This document shows positions 42,401-53,091 of a stretch of 64,000 nucleotides of DNA, piece after piece (position 1 is the first letter of the stretch; each line of letters begins with the position of its first letter). Origin of the DNA: Sedimentisphaerales bacterium (GTDB lineage Bacteria > Planctomycetota > Phycisphaerae > Sedimentisphaerales > Anaerobacaceae); the NCBI GenBank assembly GCA_963708075.1, contig OY970194.1, positions 5,376,001 through 5,440,000 of the forward strand. The letters are read 5' to 3'. A program made the position numbers and the translations under genes. Below the pieces are notes generated by a model. It had not been told where the DNA came from. It made no database searches and was given only the letters and a program-made list of their open reading frames with translations.

Positions 42401-44057
42401 AATAAGGCTTGTTCGCCTGAATCCCGTAGCTCGGGGACTTGGCCAGCGTGATTTTCTTGTTTGTCGTATCGATTGACGCGATCTTCTCGATGCGATTGGC
42501 CCAGCCATGTCGCCAATAGCCGGCGGCGTAGGCGTCGGGAGCCTTGAGCCACCGCTCGGGCCGGGGATCATCGTAGCCGAACGTGATGTCATTCTCCGCC
42601 GAGCGGGTACTCACGAATCCCTCGTCGGGCCAGCGCGCCAACGGCATCAATTCGCCGTTGAGGCTCAGCTCTGTTCGCAGGGGCTCGCCGTATTCGGTAA
42701 CGCCATTCGACGCCAGATCGATCTTGAGGCATTGGCCGCGAGCTGCCGGATCGAGGCGCGACCAGACTGGATCCGCCTCTGTGACTGGAGAGAGCCAGTC
42801 CGGCTGAAGCTCGCGGCCGCCGATGAGGCAGACCTCTTCACCCGGATAGGCGCGGTAGGTGATCGGCTTGTTCGGCTCGCCGGAATCCTGGCCGATGAGA
42901 GCGAAGGACTGCGTGCGGAAGTACTTGCCTTCGCGGAGCCAGACCTTGATGCCGCCGACGGGCAGGCCCGGCGTTCTCTGCTGCCGGATGGTGTCCCGGG
43001 CCTTCTCCAGCGTGGCGAATGGCTTCTCCACCGTACCGGCATTCGTATCGTTGCCATCCGTCGCGACGTAGAGGAAGCGCGGGCGGATCGCTTCGCGTAT
43101 GGCAATGAGCTGTCTGAGATGAGGCTCATAAATCCTGCCGTCGGGCGAGCAATGGATGTCCATCGTGACAGCGCCCTCCTGGGCGTTGACCTTGCGGAGG
43201 TATTCGATCATCCAGTCGTCGCTCTTGCGAGGCCCGTCGGCCCTGCCCCACTGGGTGCCGAGGTAGGACAGCAGGTGCCATTGCAGGCCGCCCTGGGCCT
43301 GGTTGGATTGCGGGGTCGCGCCGAACTCGTTCTGCTCGCCGGCGGTGTAGTCCTGCTGGTCCGTGAGCTTGTTGAAGGCGTGCCCGATGTCGGCGCCGGG
43401 ATTGAAGGCGATGATACTGTCGGGATTGCCGGCGCGCACGGCTGCCGCCCAGGTGTTCCAGTTGAAGGGCTTCGACAGATCGTCCCACCCGTCCCTGTTG
43501 TAGGAGCCGTCGAACCACCAGCCGCAGACCTTCCGCCCATAGCGCTCAGACCACTCGCGAATCACCTCGGACCACTTGCGGGTGAATTCCTGCGGGGCCG
43601 GCTGCTGTTCATTGACATCGTTGAGATTCGCCATCGCCTGCGCGTCCTGCTGCGGGCTGCGCGAGGGCAGATAGAGCATCAGGCGGATGCCTTTCTTGCT
43701 GAGGGCGTCGGCGATCTCCATGGGCAGGTCCCGCCTGGAGCAGCGTTGTCCGCTCGGGTAGCCCGCGTATTTCTCATACGTAGCGTTGGGACTGCAATAG
43801 TAGCCGGAGTTCTGCCCAAGCGTAAAGACCAGATAGGCGGCGCCGGTCTGCGCGACCTGGTCGGCGAATCGTCCCACGTCGAACGAGTTGACTCTGTCAT
43901 TCCAGTCGGGCCCGCCACCGAGATAGTGAACGAAAACCCCGTATCCGGCGTCTGCGAGCCAATCTTTACTGTTGTCCTTGTTCTGGGCGGGGTCGGAAGC
44001 GGCCGCGTGCGCCGTGGCCCACAGGAGCGTCACAAGCATCACCGTGACGTGCTTCAT
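39453..44057 (-). CDS. Very large secreted multi-domain CAZyme (GH29-like barrel, right-handed beta-helix, PL1 pectate lyase), broken by two frameshifts
   Basis: ORFs 40668..44057, 40171..40806 and 39453..40343 overlap and join near 40755 and 40338. Motifs 'YGVFVHY', 'GWWFDG', 'YVATDGND', 'PAFPGAEGFG', 'AGQTAPG', 'DHCSASWSVDE', 'RNPR'. Confidence 0.75.
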
Positions 44058-44078
44058 GGAATCTCCTCTATCTATGCG

Positions 44079-45560
44079 TTAGATCTTCTCCGGCACCACG
44101 AAAGGTTCGCGGTAATTGCGTGACACGAGCATGTTGGCCGACTCGCTGAATGGACCGGTGAACCTCTCCTGCTGCGGATCGAAGGTGAGCAGGGGACCCA
44201 TGTGGATCGGCGTCTTCTTCAGGTCGATCTCGTTGGCGTCCAGGTGAGCGAGGAAGCGGTCGAAGGTCTCGGCCAGGGGCTTCCCGCCTTTGATGGCCTC
44301 CCGGGCCTCGTCACCGGGAACTTCCTTTCCCAGGCGATAGGAGATGTTGCCCAGGTGGACCAGGGCGGCCGAGAGATGGCCCTGCAGGACCGGGCAGACA
44401 AGATCGCTCTCGCGCCGGCTGCGGATCGCATCGAGGAAGTTCGTGCGCAGGTCCGGCGTTGTCGGCTCGAACTTCTTGATGAGCTTGCCGCTGTTATCAC
44501 AGGCGGTGGTGCCCCGCCCTGAGTCGCAGGCGATGTAGCCGCTCTCGCAGCGGATGATCGTGCCAATCTGCGAGCCGCTGTATTCGTCCATGTCGGACGC
44601 TCGCCAGTCGCTCTTGCGCAGTGCCTTGCTCTTCGGCAGGCCGCGGACCTCGAAGAGAATCGGTGCGGGCTCGTAGTCGAGGAAGATAATCTGCGTGTTT
44701 GGCGTCTGGCCGTCGTCCTCGTAACCGAACCGGCCGCCCAGGCTCATCACGTGCGCGGGCAGCGTGTTCTGGCCCAGGCCCCAGCGGCAGCCGTCCATGT
44801 AGTGGATGCCCATATTGCCGAGGTCGCCGTTGCCGGTGTTCCAGTCCCAATGCCAGTCGTAGTGCAGTTGCTCGCGCATCAGCGGACGCTTGTCCGCCGG
44901 GCCACACCAGAGGTCGTAATTCAAGGACTCCGGGATCGGCTGCGGGCCGGCGACTTTCCCGATGCTTGGCCGGGGCTTGTAGTTGAGGCCGTGCGCGTAG
45001 AGAACCTTGCCGAGATTGCCCTGGCGGACATACTCCAGGGCCTCCGCAAATCCTGTCCGCTCGCGCGGGCCGTGCGGGGCCTGCACGATCCGATTGTACT
45101 TGCGGGCCGCCTCGACCATCCGCCGGCCCTCGAAGATCGTGTGCGCCGTCGGCTTCTGCACGTACACGTCCTTGCCGGCCTGGCACGCCCGGATCGTCGC
45201 CAGCGCGTGCCAATGATTGGGCGTCGTGATGATGACGGCGTCCACGTTCTTGTCGTCGAGCAACTCGCGCATGTCGGCGTACGCCTTGACGTTCGGGTCC
45301 TTCTCGCGGAGCTTGTTGACCTGCGGCATGAGGTTGGCGCTGTCACAGTCGCACAGGGCCGTGATGCGGACGCCGGGCTTGGGCAGAAACGCGGCGATTT
45401 CCTTCTTGCCCATGCCGCCGATCTTCACGCTGGACCCGACGCCGATGACCCCCAGGCGGATCGCATCGTTGGCCCCAAGCGCCTTCGAGAGGGGCGAGCC
45501 CAGCACCGCGCCGGCCACCAGAGAACGGCGAATGAACTGTCTGCGATTCAAGGCGTGCAT
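44079..45560 (-). CDS. Tat-exported Gfo/Idh/MocA oxidoreductase
   Basis: 'NRRQFI' twin-arginine; 'TPNHWH', 'GKDVYVQKP', 'GNMGIHYMD'. Confidence 0.92.
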   Translation of the reverse strand: MHALNRRQFIRRSLVAGAVLGSPLSKALGANDAIRLGVIGVGSSVKIGGMGKKEIAAFLPKPGVRITALCDCDSANLMPQVNKLREKDPNVKAYADMRELLDDKNVDAVIITTPNHWHALATIRACQAGKDVYVQKPTAHTIFEGRRMVEAARKYNRIVQAPHGPRERTGFAEALEYVRQGNLGKVLYAHGLNYKPRPSIGKVAGPQPIPESLNYDLWCGPADKRPLMREQLHYDWHWDWNTGNGDLGNMGIHYMDGCRWGLGQNTLPAHVMSLGGRFGYEDDGQTPNTQIIFLDYEPAPILFEVRGLPKSKALRKSDWRASDMDEYSGSQIGTIIRCESGYIACDSGRGTTACDNSGKLIKKFEPTTPDLRTNFLDAIRSRRESDLVCPVLQGHLSAALVHLGNISYRLGKEVPGDEAREAIKGGKPLAETFDRFLAHLDANEIDLKKTPIHMGPLLTFDPQQERFTGPFSESANMLVSRNYREPFVVPEKI

Positions 45561-45731
45561 TTCAATTCTCCAAACATATCCTGTGTTCTCTTTTGGGTGG
45601 CAGCGGCAAGCGCCAGCTTGCCGATGGCGCCTGTGTATGCCCCAAGACCATCGGCAAGCTCCGCAGGCTCCGCTTGCCGCTGCCACCCATTATTCTTTTA
45701 CCTTGAGAAGGGTGGCTCATGCAGCGCACGA

Positions 45732-46625
45732 TCAAACCGCGTCCTGCAGAGCGAGAAAGAGCGTGCGGTAATACTTCATCAGGCGAATGGGCTCGGGGCT
45801 TTCGGGAATCTCCGCGTCACAGTAGCCCTGGTAGCCGGACTGCTTGAGCAGTTGGAACAGCTTTCGGTATGGATAGTCTTCGCTGAGCTCGTGCATGTGG
45901 ACGTTGCGGATGCGGTCCTTGACGCTTTCGTAGTTGGCTTCCAGGCCGGGGCCTTTCACGTCGTTCGGGTCGCAGTTCCAGTTCACGTACACGTACGGGC
46001 TCTCGGAGTAATCGACCATCTTCTTGACCTTGCCTACGATGTTCGTCCCGCTGCCATGGACTTCGACGCGGATGTCCACGCCGTGCTCGTGGCCGAACTG
46101 GCCGACCTCCGCGAGCGACTTGCCGATCTGGCGGAGCGTCTGCTCCTCCGGGATGCCTTTGTTCACGAGCAGGGCGTTGGGAAAGACGCGGATGCCGATG
46201 GCGCCGAGGTCCTGCGCGAGGATCGTGTACTCCTTCGTGCCGTCGATGTTCTTTCGCAACTCCGCGGGGTCGGGATAATGGTAGCCGAACCCGCTGGCGA
46301 GGCTGATCTTCAGCCCGGCGTCCTCGAAGCGTTTGCGGACCTCGCGGCGCTGGTCCTTGCTCAAGGCCACCTCGACATGATGAGCGTGGGTCGTGCGAAG
46401 CTCGATGTGCTCGAACCGCGTCGCTGTACAGTTCTTGATGATCGTCGGAATATCCCAGTCCTTGGCCAGGTTGTAGCTCATCAGGCCCAGCCGCAACGGG
46501 GCCTTCGACTGCGGATTGGGGATTGCGGATTGCGGATTCGCAGCGTGTGCTGAGCCCGCAACCAGGGCCGAGGCGGCCAGCGCGGAAGACTTCAAGAGGC
46601 CTCGTCGGGTAAATTCGTGTGACAT
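45732..46625 (-). CDS. Tat-exported sugar-phosphate isomerase/epimerase (xylose isomerase-like TIM barrel)
   Basis: 'TRRGLLK'; 'HIELR', 'RVEVHG', 'NVHMHE', 'YQGYCDAE'. Confidence 0.85.
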   Translation of the reverse strand: MSHEFTRRGLLKSSALAASALVAGSAHAANPQSAIPNPQSKAPLRLGLMSYNLAKDWDIPTIIKNCTATRFEHIELRTTHAHHVEVALSKDQRREVRKRFEDAGLKISLASGFGYHYPDPAELRKNIDGTKEYTILAQDLGAIGIRVFPNALLVNKGIPEEQTLRQIGKSLAEVGQFGHEHGVDIRVEVHGSGTNIVGKVKKMVDYSESPYVYVNWNCDPNDVKGPGLEANYESVKDRIRNVHMHELSEDYPYRKLFQLLKQSGYQGYCDAEIPESPEPIRLMKYYRTLFLALQDAV

Positions 46626-46832
46626 GTCAATTCCTCCAAACATAGTATGGAGACGCAACATCCTGCGTCCATGCACATGGTAGCAACGAATCGTGGGCCG
46701 TCAACGCCGTTCCTGGCTGAACTGGTGGCTTGTGTGTGCCGAAAACAAGGACAGGACCGTTACGTTTTGGCCGCTGGTGGCACTTATATATACTGGGCGA
46801 GGGGAAATCGTTGGGTCAAGGTGATGAGGGAT

Positions 46833-49800
46833 ATGGCTGTATCGAGAATGACGGTTGTGATAATTGCGGTAGTTGCGCTGGGGTTCTGCCCCATTGTCTG
46901 GGCACAGGACAAGGAGAAACCGCCATTGCCGCCTTCGTTCGATCCCAATGCCGTGTGGCGAGAGCAAATCGCACTGCCCGAGGACGCCTTCCTCGTACAT
47001 GGGACCGCACAGGATGAGCCGGCATGGGTGAAGTTCACGATTGTGCAGCAATCTGACGGCCCGGATCAAGTGTACTTCCAGGATGGAAACCGGTACTTGT
47101 TCCACTACCAGTTTGCAGTGGAGCACTTGTCGCCTTTCGCGGGAATGACGCCGGAGCAGTTCGACCAGGTTACCCTCTATTGCGAGGGCCGCAAAGCGGT
47201 GCTCGGCGCCGTTGTTGCCCCTGCACCTGGCATCCTGTCCTCCCAGCCGCGCGAGTATGGCATTCAACTCGTTGGCCGCGATCCATATACGAAGGAAGAA
47301 GTGGCGAAGTGGTGCAGTCTAATCAGCCGGTGTGTCGTGACGCACGAGCCATTCAAGGTGTTCTACTTCCCTACCTATGAGCAGCGGGCTACGGCGGAAG
47401 CCGACCGCGCGTGGCTCGAAGCGCAGGGTTTTCCCGTCAGCTCGTCCGACCGCTGGGCTCAGAGCGACACATGCTACTCTCCCGGCTGGACCATCGGCAC
47501 GCTGAGGAATATCAAAGGCAGTGACATCCGGCAGGCCTATCTCGATGGCTCTCTTAAGCCCACCGATATTCTCTTGACCGACGGCGTGCCCGCGGAGACC
47601 CCGTCCGTGGCGGGGATCATCACGCTGTCGCCGTCCACGCCCAATTCACATGTCGCGATTCTCGCCAAGACGTTTGGCATGCCCTTCGTTCACCTGGCCA
47701 CCGCGGAGACGCAGAAGCTTGCGTCGTCACTGGTTGGCCACAGGATTTGTCTGCGTGCTTACGACACCTACGGCCGGACCGAGATCCGGCTTATCGACGC
47801 TGAGGGCATCCTCGACGATGCGACGGTACAGGAGATCCTCGGCTTGAAGAAAGCGCCGCCGCTGGCGATCTCAGTCATGACGCCACTCGGGTCATACGCA
47901 GCCGGCACCGATGGGCTTATCCCCTCGGACATCAAGCACTTCGGGGGCAAGGCAGCCAATTATGGGATTCTCCGTCGGGCCATCCCCGATGATTGCCCTG
48001 TTGCCGCCGCATTTTCGTTTGACCTGTGGAGCGATTTTCTCGGTCAGACGCTCGCCGATGGGCGCAGTCTTCGCGAGACCATCGCCGGCCGGCTCGCCGC
48101 ATTTACCTATCCTCCCTCGGATGTGGCGGCGCTGTCTTCGACGCTGAATGATATCCGCGACATGTTCACCGATGCCGATGTGACCGGCTTCACCGACCTA
48201 CAGATGCAGACGGTCCTGTCCATTCTGCAGGACCCACAGTACGGCTTCGACCCTCTGCAGAACCTGCGGTTTCGCAGCTCGACGAATGTGGAGGACAGCC
48301 TGGAGTTCACCGGGGCGGGCCTGTACGACAGCTACAGCGGCTGCCTGGGCGACGACCTCGATGGCGACGACGCCGGGCCGTGCCTGTGCGATCCGGAGCG
48401 CAAACGCGAGCGAAGCGTCTTCACCGCGATACGCAAAGTCTTTGCCAGCTTTTACAGTGAGAATGCCTATCTCGAACGCCTGCGACACGGGATCGACGAG
48501 GCCGATGTCGGCATGGCGATGCTGGTCCATCATTCGTTCCCGGATGAGATCGAGCTGGCCAACGGCGTGGCCGAGGTGAACCGCGACGCCTGGTCAAACT
48601 GGCAGATCGAGCTCGTCACGCAGAAAGGGGCGACCTCCGTGACCAACCCCGAGGACAGCAGCATCCCGGAGGAGGTAGACATCTTTGCGTCCCCGCTCGG
48701 TCTGTCCGGCGATGTGACCCCGGAAGAGGCCGCCGGCTCATCGTCGGGGTACGGCATGTACATCGGTCGCGGCCGGCAGTCCAATCTCGTGCCGCTCGGG
48801 GCGACCATCATGCTATGGGAAGATGACTATGCAGCGCTGGCCGAGCTGCTCATGAAGATCGGCGACGAGTTCGCTGCTGTGACCGGCCGGGGCGAGTTCA
48901 CCCTGGAGATGGAGTACAAGAAGATCGCCCCGGATGGCAGGCTCATCATTAAGCAGGTCCGCGAGATTCCGCAGCCGGACAGTACGCCGTCCATTACGCC
49001 GTTCCTCGTGAACGAGCCCACCCGATATTGCGTCCTGCAGGGCGAGTTCGGCGACGTCTTCGCCAATCACCGGCTCAAGTCGTTCTGGCGGATCGAGACA
49101 GGCAATCTCTGGCTCACGGAGAAGAACCTGAGTAGTTGTCTTTACGGGCAGGTGTCTCTCGAATACGAGGCGGAGGGAAAGGTCGGCACGCTGACCGGCC
49201 GGATTTCCGATTGGCCCAAGGCCGCTCACAGCAACGATGAATCGAGCACGACAGATACGTGGCGGATTGGCGAGTTGGAGAACCCGCGCCTCTACAGGCT
49301 GCAGACGAATAACATACCTGCTCTCGTAAGCGCCGCTGAGAGTGCGGTTCTGACCGTGCGAGACTTGGGGTATCTTACGCTCGAAGTCGAGTACGAGAAA
49401 CCTGTGATGAGTTGGCAGTGGCCGGGCCTGGCGCAGAACACAACAGACCAGGTCCGGCTCTGCCCGTACTTCGAGCCCTCGCCGCAGGACCTGTTGCAGC
49501 AGCGGCGGCTTGAAGACTCCAACGGTGTGACCATCGAGACATCCTTCTACTGGCCGCCTTATCCCAAGGGTCCGACAGCCGGTTACACCGCGCCGCTAGC
49601 CCGCTGGGTCGAGACTCGAATCGCCGGATACACCAGCGAGCCCATCGTGCTTCGCGGCTGGTACTCGCAGACGTACAAACCCGAGCACCACAACTTCAGC
49701 GAGCACTTCCTGTTCGAGCCGGAGCTGGAGCCGGGCCTGTCGCCCGCCGTCCTGGCGGAGCTTCGCGAAAAGGACATCCGCTTGATCCATGTCTACACCA

Positions 49801-49868
49801 GCTTCGACGAGCCGACCATCACCACGTACGGGTTCGACCCCCAATTGCCCCCGCCAATCACACCGTGA
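46833..49868 (+). CDS. Signal-peptide-bearing PEP/pyruvate-binding (PPDK_N-like) domain protein
   Basis: 'FGGKAANYG', 'RFRSSTNVEDSLEFTGAGLYDS', 'IKQVR'; His motif 'NSHVAILAK'; N-terminal signal peptide. Confidence 0.8.
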   Translation: MAVSRMTVVIIAVVALGFCPIVWAQDKEKPPLPPSFDPNAVWREQIALPEDAFLVHGTAQDEPAWVKFTIVQQSDGPDQVYFQDGNRYLFHYQFAVEHLSPFAGMTPEQFDQVTLYCEGRKAVLGAVVAPAPGILSSQPREYGIQLVGRDPYTKEEVAKWCSLISRCVVTHEPFKVFYFPTYEQRATAEADRAWLEAQGFPVSSSDRWAQSDTCYSPGWTIGTLRNIKGSDIRQAYLDGSLKPTDILLTDGVPAETPSVAGIITLSPSTPNSHVAILAKTFGMPFVHLATAETQKLASSLVGHRICLRAYDTYGRTEIRLIDAEGILDDATVQEILGLKKAPPLAISVMTPLGSYAAGTDGLIPSDIKHFGGKAANYGILRRAIPDDCPVAAAFSFDLWSDFLGQTLADGRSLRETIAGRLAAFTYPPSDVAALSSTLNDIRDMFTDADVTGFTDLQMQTVLSILQDPQYGFDPLQNLRFRSSTNVEDSLEFTGAGLYDSYSGCLGDDLDGDDAGPCLCDPERKRERSVFTAIRKVFASFYSENAYLERLRHGIDEADVGMAMLVHHSFPDEIELANGVAEVNRDAWSNWQIELVTQKGATSVTNPEDSSIPEEVDIFASPLGLSGDVTPEEAAGSSSGYGMYIGRGRQSNLVPLGATIMLWEDDYAALAELLMKIGDEFAAVTGRGEFTLEMEYKKIAPDGRLIIKQVREIPQPDSTPSITPFLVNEPTRYCVLQGEFGDVFANHRLKSFWRIETGNLWLTEKNLSSCLYGQVSLEYEAEGKVGTLTGRISDWPKAAHSNDESSTTDTWRIGELENPRLYRLQTNNIPALVSAAESAVLTVRDLGYLTLEVEYEKPVMSWQWPGLAQNTTDQVRLCPYFEPSPQDLLQQRRLEDSNGVTIETSFYWPPYPKGPTAGYTAPLARWVETRIAGYTSEPIVLRGWYSQTYKPEHHNFSEHFLFEPELEPGLSPAVLAELREKDIRLIHVYTSFDEPTITTYGFDPQLPPPITP

Positions 49869-52028
49869 ACTTGACTGTGTGGGTAGACTCCACCCCGGTG
49901 GCCAACCTTCGGACTCTAGCGGTTGCCGTGTGTTTGCCTGGGGCGGGATCAGCCATGTGGTAGAAGTGGTAGTAGTCCTGGTGCGCGCCCGCTTTGTTCT
50001 TAGGAGCCGCCAAGGTCGGGGTGACTTTCTGGCCATCGATGGCGAGATCGGTCAGCTCCGCTCGCGGAGTTTTCGGCAAGCCTTGGGCTGTGCAGTCCCA
50101 GCGGCATCGCACGCGGATGGTCACGCCCCGCTCGGGCCGGGCAGCTTCCCATTTGTCATCGGGCCTTGCCACTACGATGGACACGATTGGCGGTTGGATC
50201 GATGGATCATCCCACCACCGCCATTGCGGCTCGCGTCGGCGGATGAATTCGAGCACCTTGGGCGGGCCGCCGTGCATCCATGTCTGGCTGCTGCTTACGC
50301 GATCATGCCGGACGGCGACGACCCAATTGTTCTTCAGAGCCGTCAGCCACCCTTTCCATGTCGCCTCCGTCGCAAGGAACAGGGTCCGGAAGCCCTCCAG
50401 TTGATCGAACCACCACCAGGGCTCCTCTCCGTGTGCATCTTGGAGCGCGACAAACGGGATCTGCTGCCAGTAATGCTTCAGGAACGGCTCGCTGTTGGTG
50501 AAATCGGGGTTGCCAAAGTGAAACGTGCTGATGGCGGCGTACCCGCCCCGCTGAAGCGAGTCGTCGAGGTATAACCGCGTAAGCTCCTCGTTCTCGCCGA
50601 ATTGCCAGATCAGCCGGCCATCGGCCTTCTGTAAGGGAGTCAACCTCCTCTGGCGGAACTCCTCCCACGAGACCACGTCTTTGCCGGCCAGCGATGCGCC
50701 GAAATCCGCGCCGGCCGGCGCGATGATGTCACTCGTGTGGCTGTACGTCCCCAGTCCCGGCACATCGACGAAGGTGCCGTATTCTTCGTTGGCGACAAAG
50801 AACGTCACGGGGACTTTGCGTTCCTCGGCGATGGCCTTGCGCGGGCGATCCAGCCGGCCGGCGCATTCTTGGCGCCCCACAGGTCGATGTGCAGTGAGCG
50901 GGCCAACTCGACCGCCTCGACGCAACTGCCCCTGCCGTGGGCCTCGATCTGGATGGTAAAGACCTTGAGATTCTCCGGCAGTTGTTCCCGCTCCTTCACG
51001 CTGACCGGAGTCGCGGGAGGGGACGCGAATGAATCGAGAGCGTCGAGAGCGTACATGGCGTCGAGCGCACGGTAGGTTGCTTCTGGATTGCCTGGCCAGC
51101 CGGGCCGATCAGCGAATCCACCGTCAGGATTGCGAAGCGAACGCAGATAGTCGATACAGGCTGGCCGGCGAGCCAGGGAGGCGCCCAGATGCTTGAGGGC
51201 ACGCACCGCCGCCCAAGTGTAAGTGACATCCTCGACCCCGGCAAAGGAAGGCTCGGGCTGCCAGGTGAATCCGCCGCCGGGCCGCTGGCATCTCTGCACC
51301 CATTCGATGGTCTCCTGTTGCTTCCCGTACGGCCGGCCAAGTGCTGCTAACGCTTGGACCGCCCACCAGGTGTTCATCACGTGCCCACCGCCACCATCGG
51401 CGGCCGGAGTGTTATTGAAGCTGCCGTTCGGCCGCTGACGTGCTTCAAAGTACTCCGCAAATGCCGGCGCGACTTCATCCGTCGAAATACCTGACAGACG
51501 TCGGCACAGCACCGACATCGCCTCAAACTGCAAGACCGGGTAACGGTGTCGTTCGTAGACAGCAGGGTAGATCGACGGCTTTGTCCAGCCCCGGACCTGC
51601 TCGTGAAATGAGCTGACATCCTGACCGAGCCACAGCAGGCTCTGAATCTGCTGAAACTCGAACACCCGCAAGTCCCGCTCGAGTCTCTTGATGGCGAACG
51701 GATGATGCGTCCGCAGGAACTCGACCAAGGCAGTCTTGTCGGGCGGTTCTCGGCCGAGCAGGTGATAGCATCCGACAGCAGCGAAGCTCGGCGTCAAGTG
51801 CGACCACGGCTGATCCGCCCACGCATACCCGCCATCCGTCCGCCGCAGGCTCTCCAAATAGTCACACACTTCCTGCATCCATGCACGGGGCCTGCTATCG
51901 GCGCGAGTAATGTCACCCACTCCCGTGGCAGCCAGTGACACTGCCCCCAGAGCGGTCTTGAGGAAATCCCGGCGCGGCATTTCGGCCTTAACGTGGCCCT
52001 CAGCGAGCGGCAGCTTGGATATTGTCAT
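49858..52028 (-). CDS. Tat-exported prenyltransferase/squalene-oxidase-repeat protein with a C-terminal domain, frameshifted near 50840
   Basis: 'PRRDFLK'; repeats 'RRTDGGY', 'QRPNGSF', 'QRPGGGF', 'RNPDGGF'; ORFs 50805..52028 and 49858..50925 join at 'WIARA/KAIAEE'. Confidence 0.7.
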
Positions 52029-52308
52029 TCTGCTTTCCTTCAGATGCGGTATGGAACCTCTTCAAGAATAGACTGCTCTTTCAGTATTTGGGAGTCAGTA
52101 TTCCGTCGTCTGCATGCCTTGTCAAGGCATCGGGCGACGGAGTCGGGCAAGGAATTCCCTTGAACGGACGCTTTCCCTGCACCGCATACGTGGACTGCCG
52201 TATGCGCATTCAGAGGGGTCGTTGTTCGAGGCTCGGCAGCACCGGTTGCTTCGGCCTCGATGACTTGGCATTGAGGATATCTTGGAATTGACTCTGAGGG
52301 AGCAAGCC

Positions 52309-52806
52309 ATGAAGAAGAGCAATGTGAAACCCATCCCGGAAAGCTACCACACGCTGACGTCGCACCTGACTGTGCGCGATGCCGCCCGGGTGATCGAGTT
52401 CTACAAGGAGGCGTTCGGCGCCGAAGAGCGATCTCGCATGCTCATGCCGGACGGCAAGTTGATTGCCCATGCGGAGATGACGATCGGGGATTCGATCTTC
52501 ATGCTGTCCGATGAGATCCCGGGGTGGGAGTCTGTCTCGCCGCAATCTCTCGGCGGCACGTCCGTCGGCTTCTACGTGTACGTCGAGGACGTCGATAGCG
52601 CCTTCGAGCAAGCCGTCGCCGCCGGGGCTACGGTCAAGATGCCGGTGCAGGACATGTTCTGGGGCGACCGGACGGGTGCGGTGGTCGATCCCTCCGGCCA
52701 CCACTGGACCCTGGCAACGCACGTCGAGGACCTCAGTCCTGAGGAAATGGCAGAGCGCGGGCGGGAAGCGTTCGAGAAGATGATGCAAGGAGCGGGCCAG
52801 CCCTGA
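52309..52806 (+). CDS. VOC/glyoxalase (PhnB-like) protein
   Basis: 'KPIPESYHTLT', 'FYKEAFGA', 'HAEMTIGDS', 'DMFWGDR', 'DPSGHHW'. Confidence 0.92.
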   Translation: MKKSNVKPIPESYHTLTSHLTVRDAARVIEFYKEAFGAEERSRMLMPDGKLIAHAEMTIGDSIFMLSDEIPGWESVSPQSLGGTSVGFYVYVEDVDSAFEQAVAAGATVKMPVQDMFWGDRTGAVVDPSGHHWTLATHVEDLSPEEMAERGREAFEKMMQGAGQP

Positions 52807-53091
52807 GCCGGCATAGACGTGCTCGATTCGACGGGCATGGCATGCTTACCCAAGCGTACGCATGGCATCCACGCCGTCGGCCTGACCATGTGCGTCACGA
52901 TCCTGATCGTGACGGTATTGGAGAAGTTCCGTGAGGGCGGGTGGCTGACGCTCGCCATCACCGGCGTCGTCGTTGCCCTGTGCTTTCCCCTTGCCTGTTG
53001 CGGGCGGTTCGGGCACAATACCACCAAGCCGGGCGGGACTGGTTTTTCCCGTCGCTTTCGGAACGTGGCGACTCAGCAAGGGAATCGATCT

